DNA of 63,922 bases, the filler included, from Reticulomyxa filosa (taxonomy: Eukaryota; Protista; Foraminifera): assembly GCA_000512085.1 (NCBI GenBank). It is 14 parts of 14 records of this genome, joined end to end, with 100 filler letters (N's around TTAATTAATTAA, not from the genome) between each part and the next. Parts side by side here need not be neighbours in the genome. Positions count along the whole stretch, not along the records: positions 23,998 to 28,672 come from ASPP01001408.1; positions 28,773 to 30,010 come from ASPP01049617.1; positions 30,111 to 31,218 come from ASPP01003757.1; positions 31,319 to 32,379 come from ASPP01032841.1; positions 32,480 to 33,562 come from ASPP01009780.1; positions 33,663 to 36,325 come from ASPP01015793.1; positions 36,426 to 38,954 come from ASPP01041256.1; 7 more parts are not named here. One strand, 5' to 3'. Position 1 is the stretch's first letter, and the number at the start of each line of letters is the position of its first letter. Of the stretch, positions 23,998 through 37,249 are shown piece by piece. The notes under the pieces were generated by a model. The model made no database searches. It worked only from the letters and a program-made list of their open reading frames with translations, and was not told the DNA's origin. A program made the translations under genes and the position numbers.

Positions 23998-26594
23998 AAC
24001 AATAAACCTGTTGGATTGACTCGGAAATTAATCACGTATTATATCGTTCGTGTACTGTTACGAGTGTTAACAATCGGGATGAACGAATACAGCAAAACTA
24101 ATTTAAAGATCCGTCATCGCAGTGGCGAAATCTTGACGCGCTATCAAGACCGAATTGCAGAAGAAGAGAAGGCACAAGGCAATTACAACAAGACTGAACA
24201 GAAATATCGATTGGATTACGGGTTTCAAGGTCACATGGACGAGAAAAAAATGAAGATGATTCGCCTTCATCGGATGCAAGGAAAGAAGATATCGGCAACA
24301 GACCAACCATATCTCGTGGCCAAGTGGAGAGACGAGCCGATTTAGCCGCATCGCTTTTGGTAGATATCATTGGAGTTGATAGTCGTCCAATTATCCCATT
24401 CTTTCCCGTCTTGGTGTTGTTCGCGTCCATATTCATATCGATCAGCAACAATCCCCGACAACTGAGACACCTGCTCGTTCGCATCATGAGCACGCTATGC
24501 CTTGCAAAGGATCTAACCTCGCTGCAAAATGAACAGATCAATTACGAACAGGTTTCGGTTGCAACTGCGTTGAAGTCTCGTGATTTGCAACTGATCTGGG
24601 AACAACATCGACAGCAACAGCAACAGCAACAACAACAACTACAAGCATTTACAATCGATCGCACCGGAAAAGTGGCAATGGACGGGGGTGTATTTATTGA
24701 TAAGTATTGCCAAGTGCTAATGCCAGAATTGAAAGCAAAGGATCGAATTGGGTACGAAGCCTTGCGATGGGCGGTATTATCCACCAATCAAGACATTTCG
24801 CAACGAGCGTTCCACGTATATCGCCAGCTTCTCAATCCTCTAAATCACGCTGCGGTTAAGGTCATGCTGTTGGCATTAGTGGGGGCCATCGACCAATGGG
24901 ACAACGCCATCAAATATCAAAACAACAAACAAACCATTCCGAAAGAATATTTCGAGTGTCTTCGTGTCGTAGAAACTCTATTGAAAATGGCCTCCACTTT
25001 GCGTCAACAACAAAAGCTACACGAATACCCTGCTTTGTTTTGGGCTGGTATTGCACTAATGCGTGCCAATGCTAGAAATGACCATGAAAGTCATCTCTTT
25101 GAAAAAGGTATTTCTGTTTATTTATTTTGCTTGTCTGTGCACATTCAATTGGCAAAACAAACAAAAAGGTTTGGAGCTGGTGCGAATCAACCTTGATCAG
25201 TCCCACAATCCCCAATACTTTATTGAAACCAATGTTCAAGAAGTCAACTCGATAAGACTGAGAGAGATGCCATCGGCAAAGAATTATACTTCGCAGAGTG
25301 CCAACCGAGAAGAAATGGGTATCAAGTTGACAAATACAAATGTGGTCCAAGCACCTGAGATTTTGAAGAAACCCAATACAAATGTAATCAAGAATAGAAT
25401 AAAAGCAGACGAGGACGAAGAGGTCATTTTCATTTCGATCAGTGAACAACGACCTGCCATCATTCAAAGTGATAGTGAAAATCCAAAGAATAACACCAAA
25501 CCTTCTTCACCCAATCTTCCACGCTATGCATCTGTATCACAAGATGACAGCGAACCAGACATAACTTTTTCTCCATACACAACGCCAATGGACGAAATGG
25601 ACATGGATGGACATTTGGTATATTCATTTAATGAAGACAGTCAAATGGAAATAATACAAATGCAGATAGAAATGGAAATGGAGCTGCAGGCAGAAAGAAA
25701 TGGATTGCCTCCAAAATTTTGGAGTTATTGTGAAGAGTGGAATCCTCGATTCGAAGGTGTTCAACAGTATTTATTGCAAGGATTTTTGAAAACACAGCAT
25801 GAAGATATGTGCTTCAAAATAATCAAAGACGCATTGATTGTAAAGATGGACAATATTATGGATCGAACCAATCTAAGACCTTTGTTTGCTTTAATTGCTG
25901 TCTTGCCCTATCTTTGTTATCACAGTCGTCATTCCCCACAAAAGTTAGCATCTATGACTACATTATTCCGACGGTTAAAAGATGCCTTAGCTCCATTTTC
26001 TAAAAAATTGAGCCATAAGCTCCAAGAACACATCCCCTCCAAAGGGACACCGATCATCAAAGATGAGGAGGCATTCTTGAAAGATATTTCTCCAATTCTT
26101 GTTGAGTATTTTTTTGATTCATATGCCAAAGTAATTGCCAACTTTTTTGAAGGATTATTAGAATCACCGGGTATGGAACGTTATCATGCTATCATTTTCA
26201 AAATTACTCGGTATTTGCTCGAGTATGGGGCCAGTTTCTTACTATGCTTTGAGAAAATTATTGCCAAGGCACATAAAGTTGTTTCTGGCGGAATCTTGTC
26301 GCGTAATCTATCTGATAATGCCACTGACTTAGTCAAAGTTGCAATCGAACATATCAAATCAAATAAAGATCAAAAATCCCCACATAATCTTATCGATGTT
26401 TCACCTTTTCCTGAAGTTGGACTTAAGTTTTGTCAAAATATCTTTTCTTGGAAAAAACGATATAATTATACAAACTCTTTTTTAAAAAACTAAGACAAGT
26501 AAGCAAATGCCTTTGGCAAATTATGGCGCAATGTCCAATCATGGAAGAGAGAAACGTGCAAACATCATTAAAGGTGAAAAAAGCAATTGTATAA
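23998..26594 (+). CDS. Furry / MOR2-PAG1 (TAO3)-like cell-morphogenesis protein, C-terminal part; 5'-partial
   Basis: YEALRWA...SQRAFHVYRQL, YPALFWAGIALM and FEGVQQYLLQG match the MOR2-PAG1 C-terminal pattern. Introns 25108-25168 and ~26427-26494. Frame break at ~24247. Confidence 0.78.
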
Positions 26595-27719
26595 ATTGAG
26601 TAGTCTCAACTGCCAAACAATAAAGAAAAGAAAGATGGAAAATAGACACAATTGTGAAGTTTGTTACTTACGCAAAAGATGTAAAACATTTAATTGTTTC
26701 TTTTTGCGTTTGTTTTCTAAGTATTATCTCGAATTTGTTTTGTTTTGTGTTTCTTCTCCTTTATTTTCGAGTCTTTTTTGGCAAAGTGAATTTTTGTTTT
26801 AAAAATTGGGCTTGCATTAGGAAATCGTCCAATTGAGCATTGTCCATTCAAAGTCAACATATTTGGTCCAAGATTTGACTGTTTTGACTAAAGAATCTTG
26901 ATCTAGTGATACAATTGGATCAATAGATTCCATCCAATTGTCAATTTTTTTTTTCAATCTAAATTGTTTGCATTTGTTAATTTCAAAGCATAAATCTCTA
27001 CCGTTCAATTTGTGGTGAAAACTATATGGTTTTGATATTGAACGTGATTGGGAGATGACCTGAGTGCAAAAAAAATTTTCAAATTCTACATATAATCATC
27101 TAACTCATACTTAGTCCGTTGACGGGAGAAACAAATGTTCACCGAGAGCTTGCAGAATTTTTTGTGTAATTTAACAATAGATATTTGATTTGAAAAAAAA
27201 TTATTTATTTTGAAATATCTAAAAGAATATGGCGTCGTAAAATAGACAAATCATATTTGACACAACACGATAATCAACAATCAATTGATGCCCAAATATC
27301 TGAAGAAGAGTGTTAACATGAATTTTTAAAACACTTTTCAATTTCTTTTTAACTTTGTTCAAATTAATAATTTTGTTACTAGATACATGCAGTATCTAAA
27401 AGAATTATTTTTAACGGTTTCCACTTGAACAAAGTTCGTGGCAAAAGACAAAAGAAAACAAACTACAAAAATTTTTTTTCATACTAATTGAAAATATAAC
27501 ATGTCGTGAAATGTCAAATACTAAACTAGCCAAAGAAGCAAAAACCAGAATATTGATCAGGAACAAGAATAAGCAACAAAAAAGCCACTTGCTACTAAAT
27601 AAGCCACAATAGTAATCAAATACATTTACACCTTTTTTGATGACAAGTGTTTAATTTTTTTGTGTTGATTTTCTTTAATTTGTTAAAAGAGGCTTGAATA
27701 TCAATGTGAGATAAAATCA

Positions 27720-28600
27720 TTGGTATCCATATTTGGATGGAGTTTTTGGATGTGTTATATGGAAGAAGGCAGCACATTACAAGTCCAGAGAGAGATCATA
27801 GCCAGTGAAAGAATTTTGTAAGATCTAGAAAAGTTAAGAAAATGCGAGCAAGTGTCAAGCAAGAGCTAAAAGAAGCCTTTTTTTACTACTTGAAAAATTT
27901 TTTAGTAGTTGAGTTTCGGGCAGCTTGCAGGGGGCGGCTGAACAAAAGAAGACGAAGCAATAATCGAAAATATTTAGCCACTTCATCATCATTTTCATCA
28001 CTATTTTCAGCTAAGCCGAAAAATTTACTCTTTTGAATGAAGTTGTAACAGCACATTACTTGGACATTTACTAAGATATAAACAGAATTTCATCTGATGT
28101 CGGCTCATTGAAGATCGTAAATGGTGATTTATTGGATTGCAGCATCATTGCTATTTGCATCGGTGGAATATTTGAATCTGGTTCAACTGTCGGGCACTAG
28201 CTTCGTAAATACATCAATGTTGATAATTTACCAGTCAATGAGATATAATTCAAATAAGTCTTTGGTCTTGATTCATTATAAATCTTGTATAACAATACAA
28301 GATTATGACAATTGAATCGACATGACTATGTGATACACTTGTGATACAACTTCAATTCTTTTTGTATTATTTGTAATTCAAAAGTAGGAAGTTGGGAAAT
28401 AACATTAACTGTGTCATAAACAGCATTCCGAAATGCAGATGCATATTCAAGACTTGGACTAATGATTGTATTGTATAATAGATTATGTGTGAATAAATTT
28501 GGTCTGACACCTTTGTATGAACATAAGTATGTTAAATATATTCACTTTGCAGACGTAATTGAGATTTGCTATACCTAGAAAAAATAAATAAATAAATAAT
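27720..28600 (-). mobile_element. Decayed non-LTR retrotransposon (LINE) ORF2 remnant
   Basis: The minus strand near 28420-28530 reads CSYKGVRPNLFTHNLLYNTIISPSLEYASAF, matching the post-RT 'LY...IRP.LEYA...W' motif. The surrounding frames are full of stops and shifts. Boundaries are approximate. Confidence 0.5.
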
Positions 28601-28849
28601 CCTTCATCGAGATTAACTTTTAAAAAAAAGTTGTATTTTGAAGGAAGACAAGCACAGAACATCTGGATACTGNNNNNNNNNNNNNNNNNNNNNNNNNNNN
28701 NNNNNNNNNNNNNNNNTTAATTAATTAANNNNNNNNNNNNNNNNNNNNNNNNNNNNNNNNNNNNNNNNNNNNCAAACAAACAAAAGCAATAATAATAATA
28801 GGATAAAATTCAAGATTCAGAAAATAAGGACAAAAGTAAACAAGAAATT

Positions 28850-30010
28850 GAAACAAGTGAAGAAATAAAACAACTCCAATCTGAAAAGGCAGAAGTTGGA
28901 GAGATCAGATCTGGAATCAATTTGCAAGGTTATTGCATGAATAAAGATTGCCTAGCAACAAACGCAATACTTCCAGTATGGTAAGTGTCGATTTTAAAAG
29001 CATTACATTGACATCCACGAATGAATCCTACAAATGTCCTGATTGTGAAAGTCCATAGTCACATCGATTATCAAAGTGACAATTCATCACACAAGAATCA
29101 CTACAATTATCAACGCATTGAAAGCAAACAAAATTGGGATCTGATCACTAGAAGTGAAAATATAATGACAAGTATTGAGATTCTAAATTTGATAATGCAT
29201 CATCGATTCCACAATATTAAATTGTATGTTCCAAAGCATGATGTATATTGTAGAGATGCATCGATAATAAAAGATTCACAACATTACTGTGATTGAAAAT
29301 CTAAAATTAAGTCATTTATATAATGAACATATTCAAGCATGACAACCTAAAAATATAGAAGGAGAGGATTTAAAACAAGCAAGCGAATGGATTAATATAA
29401 AAGATATTAAAAACTTTCCAATCGATATAAACTGCATACCGAAATTGGAATATTAAAACCGCTACAATTATCAAAAAAAAGAAGAGAAAATTAATCAAAA
29501 TGTACCATTGAAAAAGGCACAATTTTTTCATATACGACTTTGCACATTTGTTCAGAGAAAGAAAAAGGAAAAGCAATTTATTTAATTTTATATGAATATT
29601 ATACTCCATTACAAGCAAATAATTATGCACATGTAGATGGAGATGATATTAAAAATAATGATACATTTGATTGTCATCAAGTAATAATTCAAAGAAAATC
29701 AGGTATATTTGTCGTTATTTTAGAAGATGCATTATGGAATAAATATATTTATGATCCAAAACAACATATTCCTGTTTAATAAACAAAATGAAAAGATATC
29801 ATTTTACAAGCATTAAAAGGGTAGAAATATAAATAAAGAAATTATTGATGAAATACGTGGAAAAGTATCATTTGTATTTATTATGGATGGATTTGATGAA
29901 ATATATGATTTTTATCATAAACATCAAATGAAAAATATTTTTATGGCCGTTTTTATTTAAATCAATGAATACAAAAATTATTGTTTGTAGGAGTAAAGTG
30001 ATGATATTAA
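28850..30010 (+). pseudogene. NACHT-NTPase gene relic with N-terminal Cys-rich module
   Basis: GINLQGYCMNKDCLA..ILPVW. Collapsed Walker A region IIQRKSG...LEDALW. Walker B VSFVFIMDGFDEI (~29865-29905). Many stops and frameshifts. Confidence 0.7.
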
Positions 30011-30112
30011 NNNNNNNNNNNNNNNNNNNNNNNNNNNNNNNNNNNNNNNNNNNNTTAATTAATTAANNNNNNNNNNNNNNNNNNNNNNNNNNNNNNNNNN
30101 NNNNNNNNNNTT

Positions 30113-31218
30113 ATGGACCATATTTTGAACCATGGATCTATGGCCTTTGAAAACGTTGACATGGCCAATTTGGGCACGTATTTTGAAGAGCAAGATTATG
30201 TAACCACAAGTGACAGGCACAAAGGGATCCAAATGGACACAACAGCAACGTGTGTGTGTGTGTGAAGAATTTTCAATATTATTTGTATTGGACAGAAAAA
30301 CATTGTCGAATTGGATAAGTGAAATATAATTGCTATTTGAACACATATCGCATTTACGAATCTCATTTCAAGACTCGAGTATCAGATCACATCGAGTGAT
30401 ACCGATCCATGCGATACACTACCATGTCATCGATCGCATTTGGTGTGGTCTATAGCCACTGTGGAGGGAAAGCAAAAAAAGAGAGCAAGTCGATGCAAAG
30501 GCAGCACTCCCGGCAAACGTATAAAACACACACACTCTGCATAGTGTTGATGCACTTGGCAAAGACAAATAAAATGACACAGTTATCGAGAGGACAGATT
30601 GAAAAGAAATTAAAACGCTTGCCACCAGAACAATGTAAATAACTCACACAACAGTATGAACGTTTCTCTTCCTCTTTTTCCTCACAGTGTTCACATAAAA
30701 CTTTGATCAATGTGTTGAAATACTGTGTCATTCCAAGCAAAGTGCCTTTCCAAAAAGTTTGGAGTTTATGTTTAAATATGTGTGTGTGTGTGTTTGTGTT
30801 TGGTCCATATTCCTAATTATGCATTGTTTATTTGTTGGTGAAAAAGTTTATAGATACGAATACTTGGGAAGAATTAATTATTTATGAAGACGAAGAAACT
30901 GTGATTGTAAATAAATCTCAGCGGATGAGTGTGCATTTGTCTGAAAGCAATAACAAAATGCTGCCTTCGCATATGAATGCATTCAATATCACAATGACAT
31001 TCGAAGAATTAACTATTTGGAGAATATACAATCCAAATGTAGTCAATGTGAGAGGTTCTGTTTCACCTGTAGAAATAAACATATTCTTTTTAGTCTTCGC
31101 ACGTGATTGTCCTTGTTTTTTGCATAGACTAAAGAGGAAATGTATGCGTACGCATATAAAGATGAACAAGTGATGAATCCTGTAAATAAAGACAATGACA
31201 GACTTATGGGAAGAATGT
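30113..31218 (+). CDS. Internal fragment of an uncharacterised multi-exon gene
   Basis: Short coding-like blocks separated by GT/(GT)n..AG intron-like segments. No recognisable family. Confidence 0.35.
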
Positions 31219-31318
31219 NNNNNNNNNNNNNNNNNNNNNNNNNNNNNNNNNNNNNNNNNNNNTTAATTAATTAANNNNNNNNNNNNNNNNNNNNNNNNNN
31301 NNNNNNNNNNNNNNNNNN

Positions 31319-32379
31319 CTTGACCTTGATCTTTGTTGTCCTTCTCCTTTGGTTCATCCTCTACTTTTGTTTCTGTTTCTGTTTCTGTTTCCATTTCTGT
31401 CTTTGCGTTTGTTTTTATTTGCACTTCATTGCTGGTGTCTACTGCCTTTTGCTTGTCTTTCTCTCTCTTATTTTCCTGCTCACTTCTTGTTTGCTGTTCG
31501 CTCGTCGAGTTGGTATGATTACCAGTTTGAATTGGCTTGGAGAGAGATTGCTTCGGGTTAGCTTCTGTGTTTGTTTGTTTTGCTGATTGCAATTGCAATT
31601 GCAATTGTACTTGTGATTGTGATTGCGATTGCGATGGTGTTTGGCCAGTGCTCTGTTTAAGATCGTCATTGTTCGAGGTTTTCATGAAGGAAAGCCAACT
31701 GGGGACAAGCGAAGAAAATCGAGACGAGCTGGGCGATGATTGTTGTTGTTGTTGTTGTTGCTCTGACTGCTTTTGTTGTTCTGGTTGTTTTTGTTGTTCT
31801 GGCTGCTTTTGTTGTGTCTGCGGATGATGTGATGAATCGACTTGCTTTTCGTCGGTGGATGCATGTTTGTGTGCCTTGCCCATTCCCATTTGCTCGTGGA
31901 TGTGCTTTATCTCGTCGTCTTGCAATGGCAGGATATTTTGTTGCGTATCGAACGTATCAAAGCATATGCTACATATCAACTCCGTCGTTGGTAAGTTCTT
32001 GTCATTTCACACATTCAAACCAAACAAAAAAAAAAATGTCATTACATAAATAGCCGAGTAACTAAATCGATAAATCAATCAATATATAACATATACATAT
32101 AATACATATATATGTACATATATATATATATATATATGTATATAGTAAGTGTAATGGCATATCACAAACTTGAATGTCATCGACAGTAAGCAATTGAAAA
32201 CAGGATTTGAATTGGTGCAGCTTGTTTTCTTTCGAAGACTGTTTGGAGGAGTTGTCATGCAATTTCTGTTTCAATTGCGTGTGTTCAACTCGGTACACCG
32301 GTCGACGGGTTTGCGTCTGTCGGTTGATTTGAAACGCGTTGGCAGAGTGTCGGCTGCGCCGACAAAACTCAACCATGTA
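31319..32379 (-). CDS. Fragment of probable RING-finger protein with Q/S/T-rich low-complexity region
   Basis: Spliced reading ...LTVDDIQ|NLPTTELICSICFDTF followed by more than 200 aa of low complexity including QQKQPE repeats. Cut at both ends by linkers. Confidence 0.5.
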
Positions 32380-32479
32380 NNNNNNNNNNNNNNNNNNNNN
32401 NNNNNNNNNNNNNNNNNNNNNNNTTAATTAATTAANNNNNNNNNNNNNNNNNNNNNNNNNNNNNNNNNNNNNNNNNNNN

Positions 32480-33480
32480 GGGGGGGACTTACCGTGTATA
32501 GCTGATCATTCACAAAGCCCTTCAACTGGCAATATCGTTTCAAGTGCTGACACACCTCGTCTCGGATGAGTTCGTCATTGCTGTCTCGGGACGTCTCGTC
32601 GTTGCTGTTCGAGACGATATCGATGATCACCCTCAACAAACCATTACGGATGTCGGACATGGAAGTGGACGACTGCCTCAGCTTGGCCAAATAGGATAGG
32701 TTCATCAACTCCACGCTCGTGGGGGCTTTCAGTGTCGAGGCGCCATTCAACGTCGTGGCGTCGTCATTGGCACTTTTATGGAGATCGTTCACTTGCGACC
32801 CGGACAACATCAGTGGACAACAAAGCACATGTCCAATGGCTCGAATGATCGCTCGTGTGTGGCTACGCAACAAATCATTTTTTCACTTTTCTTTATTTTA
32901 TTTTCACTCTCTCAAAAAAATACAAAAAAATAAAACAAAATTAAAAATGTGTGTTCATGTGTGTGTTCACATGTGTGTGTGCATGTGTGGAAAACTTGAG
33001 TTTGAAATGATAGACTGGTTCCGTTTTTTCCAAAAGAATGGGATTGACAGCTCGGAAATACTTTTGATGAAGGGCGTGGACTACTCTGCAGATATCGGAA
33101 AGGTCGGATGAAATCTTTGACGTCCCAAAGTACGGGTCGTTAGTCGGGATACTTGCTTTTTTTAAAATGTACGTGCACAGATCGATGAGCATTAGAATTT
33201 TGGGATTGACCAAGGAAGACCGTTCATTGATATCATCCAAAGTGTTCAAAAAACGGAACGTCAGCTCGATCAAATCTTCGAGTTTCAACTCCAGTTCATC
33301 CAAACACAAAAACAGCATTTCATGACGATATCCTGTTATATTGATGCACACGTTTCGCATCAGCACCTCGCTAATGCCTTTCCATTCTTCGCTGCTGCTA
33401 TGACGGTAATGTTGTTTTAGCATCGTCAGCATTTTTTTCAGCAATTGCTTGGATCCCTTTAATCGATACAATCCCTTCGA
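32480..33480 (-). CDS. Fragment of uncharacterised helical (HEAT/ARM-like) protein
   Basis: ORFs 32941-33471 and 32424-32873 have coding composition and are separated by an intron-like block. Confidence 0.45.
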
Positions 33481-33528
33481 ATGTTTTTTTTTTTTTTTTT
33501 GAAAAAGGAAAAAAATTGTAACAATAAC

Positions 33529-33562
<34 letters not shown>

Positions 33563-33713
33563 NNNNNNNNNNNNNNNNNNNNNNNNNNNNNNNNNNNNNN
33601 NNNNNNTTAATTAATTAANNNNNNNNNNNNNNNNNNNNNNNNNNNNNNNNNNNNNNNNNNNNAGTAGTAGTAGTAGTAGTATTGGAACAAAGAAGGAAAA
33701 AAAAAAAAAAAAG

Positions 33714-34181
33714 TGCTATACTGTGGACCGACGGGATGGAATAGACTTTGAACCTTTTGCTGGAGATTGGATTGACACCAAAGGTCAATGGGTAAAAATT
33801 TCTCCGTGGGGCGTTATTCGGTACCCGAAAAAGCATAGATTACGATTCGAAGCCGAATATATGAAGCCCAACCATTTGCAAGTCACGCTCGACACCGACC
33901 CAAATAAAAGAAAATTTACCGGTATTTTGAGTGAGGATGGCAATTCGCTTCTTTGGTCTAATGATACCACTTGGCATCGCAAAGGTTTTTTTTTTTTTTT
34001 TTTGATGTACCAAACAATACGTATACACTTTTTTTTTTTAGAAAAAAAGAAAATATAGTTGGTCATATAAACAAAACAAAATAATAATAATAATAATAAA
34101 ATAGGTACAGGTCCTATGGATAAGAGTAAACCTCGGCCTTCTGAAAAGAGTTCCAAAGGGGATATATGTGTTATTTTGTAA
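33714..34181 (+). CDS. 3' end of a small beta-domain protein ending in a CaaX box (CVIL)
   Basis: Exon FAGDWID...FTGILSEDGNSLLWSNDTTWHRK, then phase-1 intron 33985-34104, then last exon GTGPMDKSKPRPSEKSSKGDICVIL-stop. Confidence 0.7.
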
Positions 34182-35544
34182 ATGCAATTCCGTGATTCGA
34201 AATAAGAAATCACGTATTCATTAACTAGGTTAATTAAAAAAAAAAAAAAAAAAAAGTGTGAGTGTTCATTCTTTTTTTTGTTTGTAATGTACTTGTTAGT
34301 AGTCTTCTGCTTTTACGCAACTTTGTTGCGTATTGGAATATCTGTTTGGATTGTCTTTGTCCTTTTTCTCAAGTTTTGTTCAAACTATCCAAACAATTCT
34401 TTTTTGTTATTCTTCTTTTTTTTTTGCCATTAAAAATGATGATTGGAGGGAAGAGGGGGTGCATTCATCTGAACTGTGATTTTTAATAATATTTTTTGTT
34501 GTTGTTTGTTGTTAATTACTATTGCAATCTTGTGTAGCTTTTTTAACTTGGGAAACAAAAAAATATATATTGTAGACCTACTGAAGAATAGTTAAAAGTC
34601 TTCATTTCGAGCGTCAAAAAAACTTTTCTTGCAAGAATAGTAATCACAAAGGATTTTTTTGGGTTCGTTCAAAAAAAATGCTAGTGAATACAAAAACTAT
34701 AACGAAAAACACAACAAGCAGTACCCGTCAACGGCAAAAAGAGACATGCAAAGAGACCAAGGGGCTTAAAAACGTATTGTCGTATAATACGTTTAAGCTA
34801 ACAAGCTAATACTTAGCATTATATTCTTAAAACTTCTCTCAAAAAAAAGTAGGCACGTAAATTCATTGAAATAATTGTCTGTACAAGATGAATGTCAATG
34901 ATACAGAAGCAATCTCTTCACATCAACAGATAATTTGTAAAATCACGCAAGAAAAGTTGTTCATGTCGACGCACACAACCAAAAAAAGGATGTTTTTCAG
35001 AGAACACCTACGACCTTCGACAGGAATGCAAAACCAAAAAGATAGCGTGTGAATGGAGATGTTAAGAACTATGTGATTATATAACAAGAAGCAAATAGGG
35101 TTGGCCAACGATGAGTATATGGTCCTAAAAGTGTTGTTTGGCTTTTAATTATTTTAAGATTTTAAGCTAACGAGATTTTGCAAATTGATGACAAATGATT
35201 CTGTCTTCAAAATTAACAAATGCACAATGTACGAACTTTGTTAAACATAGCACAGTTTGCAAATATTTTTCAAAACAGTTAGTTCATTGCGAATGTGGCA
35301 GTTTGCGCATTCAGCACCATTTAATAAGTTTTCAATTTTGAATGAAAAAACAAACATTTCATATTAGAAATAAGTTTCCAAATATAAAAGTGACACGATT
35401 GAACTTTTGACGAGTTTAAATTGTTTTTCTGAGATGTATATTTCAAGACACTTTTAAACGTGGACAGGAGAGTGAACTTTTTTTTAATAATCATTTCAAG
35501 TGAACTTTTCCTTCTGAGACAGCTTACACAGCAAGGTTCTCCAC

Positions 35545-36300
35545 ATGCAAAAGAATAAGCAAGATACGAAAAAAGGAGACGATGAAGATTTCGAAATAGG
35601 TATGTGCCATCTCTAAAGCAGATTCTAGGTTGGATAAAACAGCGTAGAACTTGGAAAAAAAAAAAGGGGGAGGGTTGGTGGTGGGGGGCCTTGAATATAA
35701 ATAGAGTCAGTAAGTAGTAATGAATCAGAACTTAGCCAAACTGCAGTAACCTTTGACGAGAATGATACCGTATTGAAGACCGGATACATGATAAAATTGG
35801 GACAGCGTTTGAAGAGTTGGCGACAAAGGTACTTTGAGTTATACGGTGACGGAAAGCTCTTTTATTGGACCAATCATCAAAAGTCGGAACTTCGAGGGTT
35901 CTGTCCTATCGACTCGGCCACTACCGTTACTTTGCAAGAGCATAGTGACGGATTTGGGTTAGTTTTTTTTTAAAAAAATAGGACAGTTCAAGGAAGGGCG
36001 TATGCTAATATATGCATATGTGTACATATATGTATATTTAAGTATGTATGTGTGTACATATATATATTCAAAAAAAAAAGCATACGTTTAATGACAAACA
36101 ATCGGATTTGGCAGTTCAAATTGTTTTCAATTCCAGAGCAAGAATCGTGGGCCAATTGTATGCAATCACTTATCAAGTTGTTTGAGGAAAAGGGATTGAA
36201 CACATACTACCAACTCTGTCTATTTGTTTGTTCATTTATTTTGTCTGTATTGAATAGACCAAGTTTGTATGTTTTGATATTTTAATATTTTAATATTTTA
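35545..36300 (+). CDS. PH-domain protein (N-terminal part)
   Basis: LKTGYMIKLGQRLKSWRQRYFELYGDGKLFYW ... RIWQF...EQESWANCM. Introns ~35600-35704 and ~35958-36080. 3' end uncertain. Confidence 0.8.
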
Positions 36301-37249
36301 ATATTTTACACAAATCACAATGTAANNNNNNNNNNNNNNNNNNNNNNNNNNNNNNNNNNNNNNNNNNNNTTAATTAATTAANNNNNNNNNNNNNNNNNNN
36401 NNNNNNNNNNNNNNNNNNNNNNNNNGCTCCAATTGCATCATTGAAGGTAATCTTGTAGAAAGACTTGGAGCTTGGTTGGTTCAGTTGTCATCTTAAGATA
36501 TCTTGATCTTGATATCTCGATACCTAGTTTGATCTTTTTGAGATACTGAAGTATCTTGAAGTTTTACACTTGTTCCAACGAGTTTTCAGATTGTCACAAT
36601 GATCTGATATATGATTTTTTTATTATTATTGTAATACTTAGTACTGTATTCAAGTGTGAAGTGCTTGTTTTTCAATATTTTCTTTTGTGAATTCAACTTA
36701 CAACATTATCTCTCTATAAAAAAAAAATAACACATACAAGACTTTGAATGAATCAAAATCAAAGACTGTCAAAGTTGCATTAAATAATTATTTTTACAAT
36801 ATCCAAAGATCATATTCTCCTGATTGTATTTTGATTAAGTATATACTGTCGAACATTTCCTTCAGACATTAATATATTGTCACTGTCGATGAAACAGTTC
36901 ATCATTAGTGATCGTTGAAGATTAAAATTTTGAAAATATCTATCTATAATTTTCTGATTGAATGTTTGCATTATATTGAATTATGTCGCAATTATTGTAC
37001 AAATTGCTTCAATATATCTATGATTATATTTTAATAATTTCTTGTCATTTAACCACCACATTAATCTTCTTATAATTATCCTTTACATCAATTTACTAAC
37101 ACTTTATATCCTACCAAAAAAAACCAAATGAAGTTTGTTGAAACTATCCAATTGTATAACATATATACATGATACAAAACATATATTTTTATATATTTAC
37201 ATTGACAATATATTTTTTTAGATATTTGATTTGAAATTGATCTGGCTTT

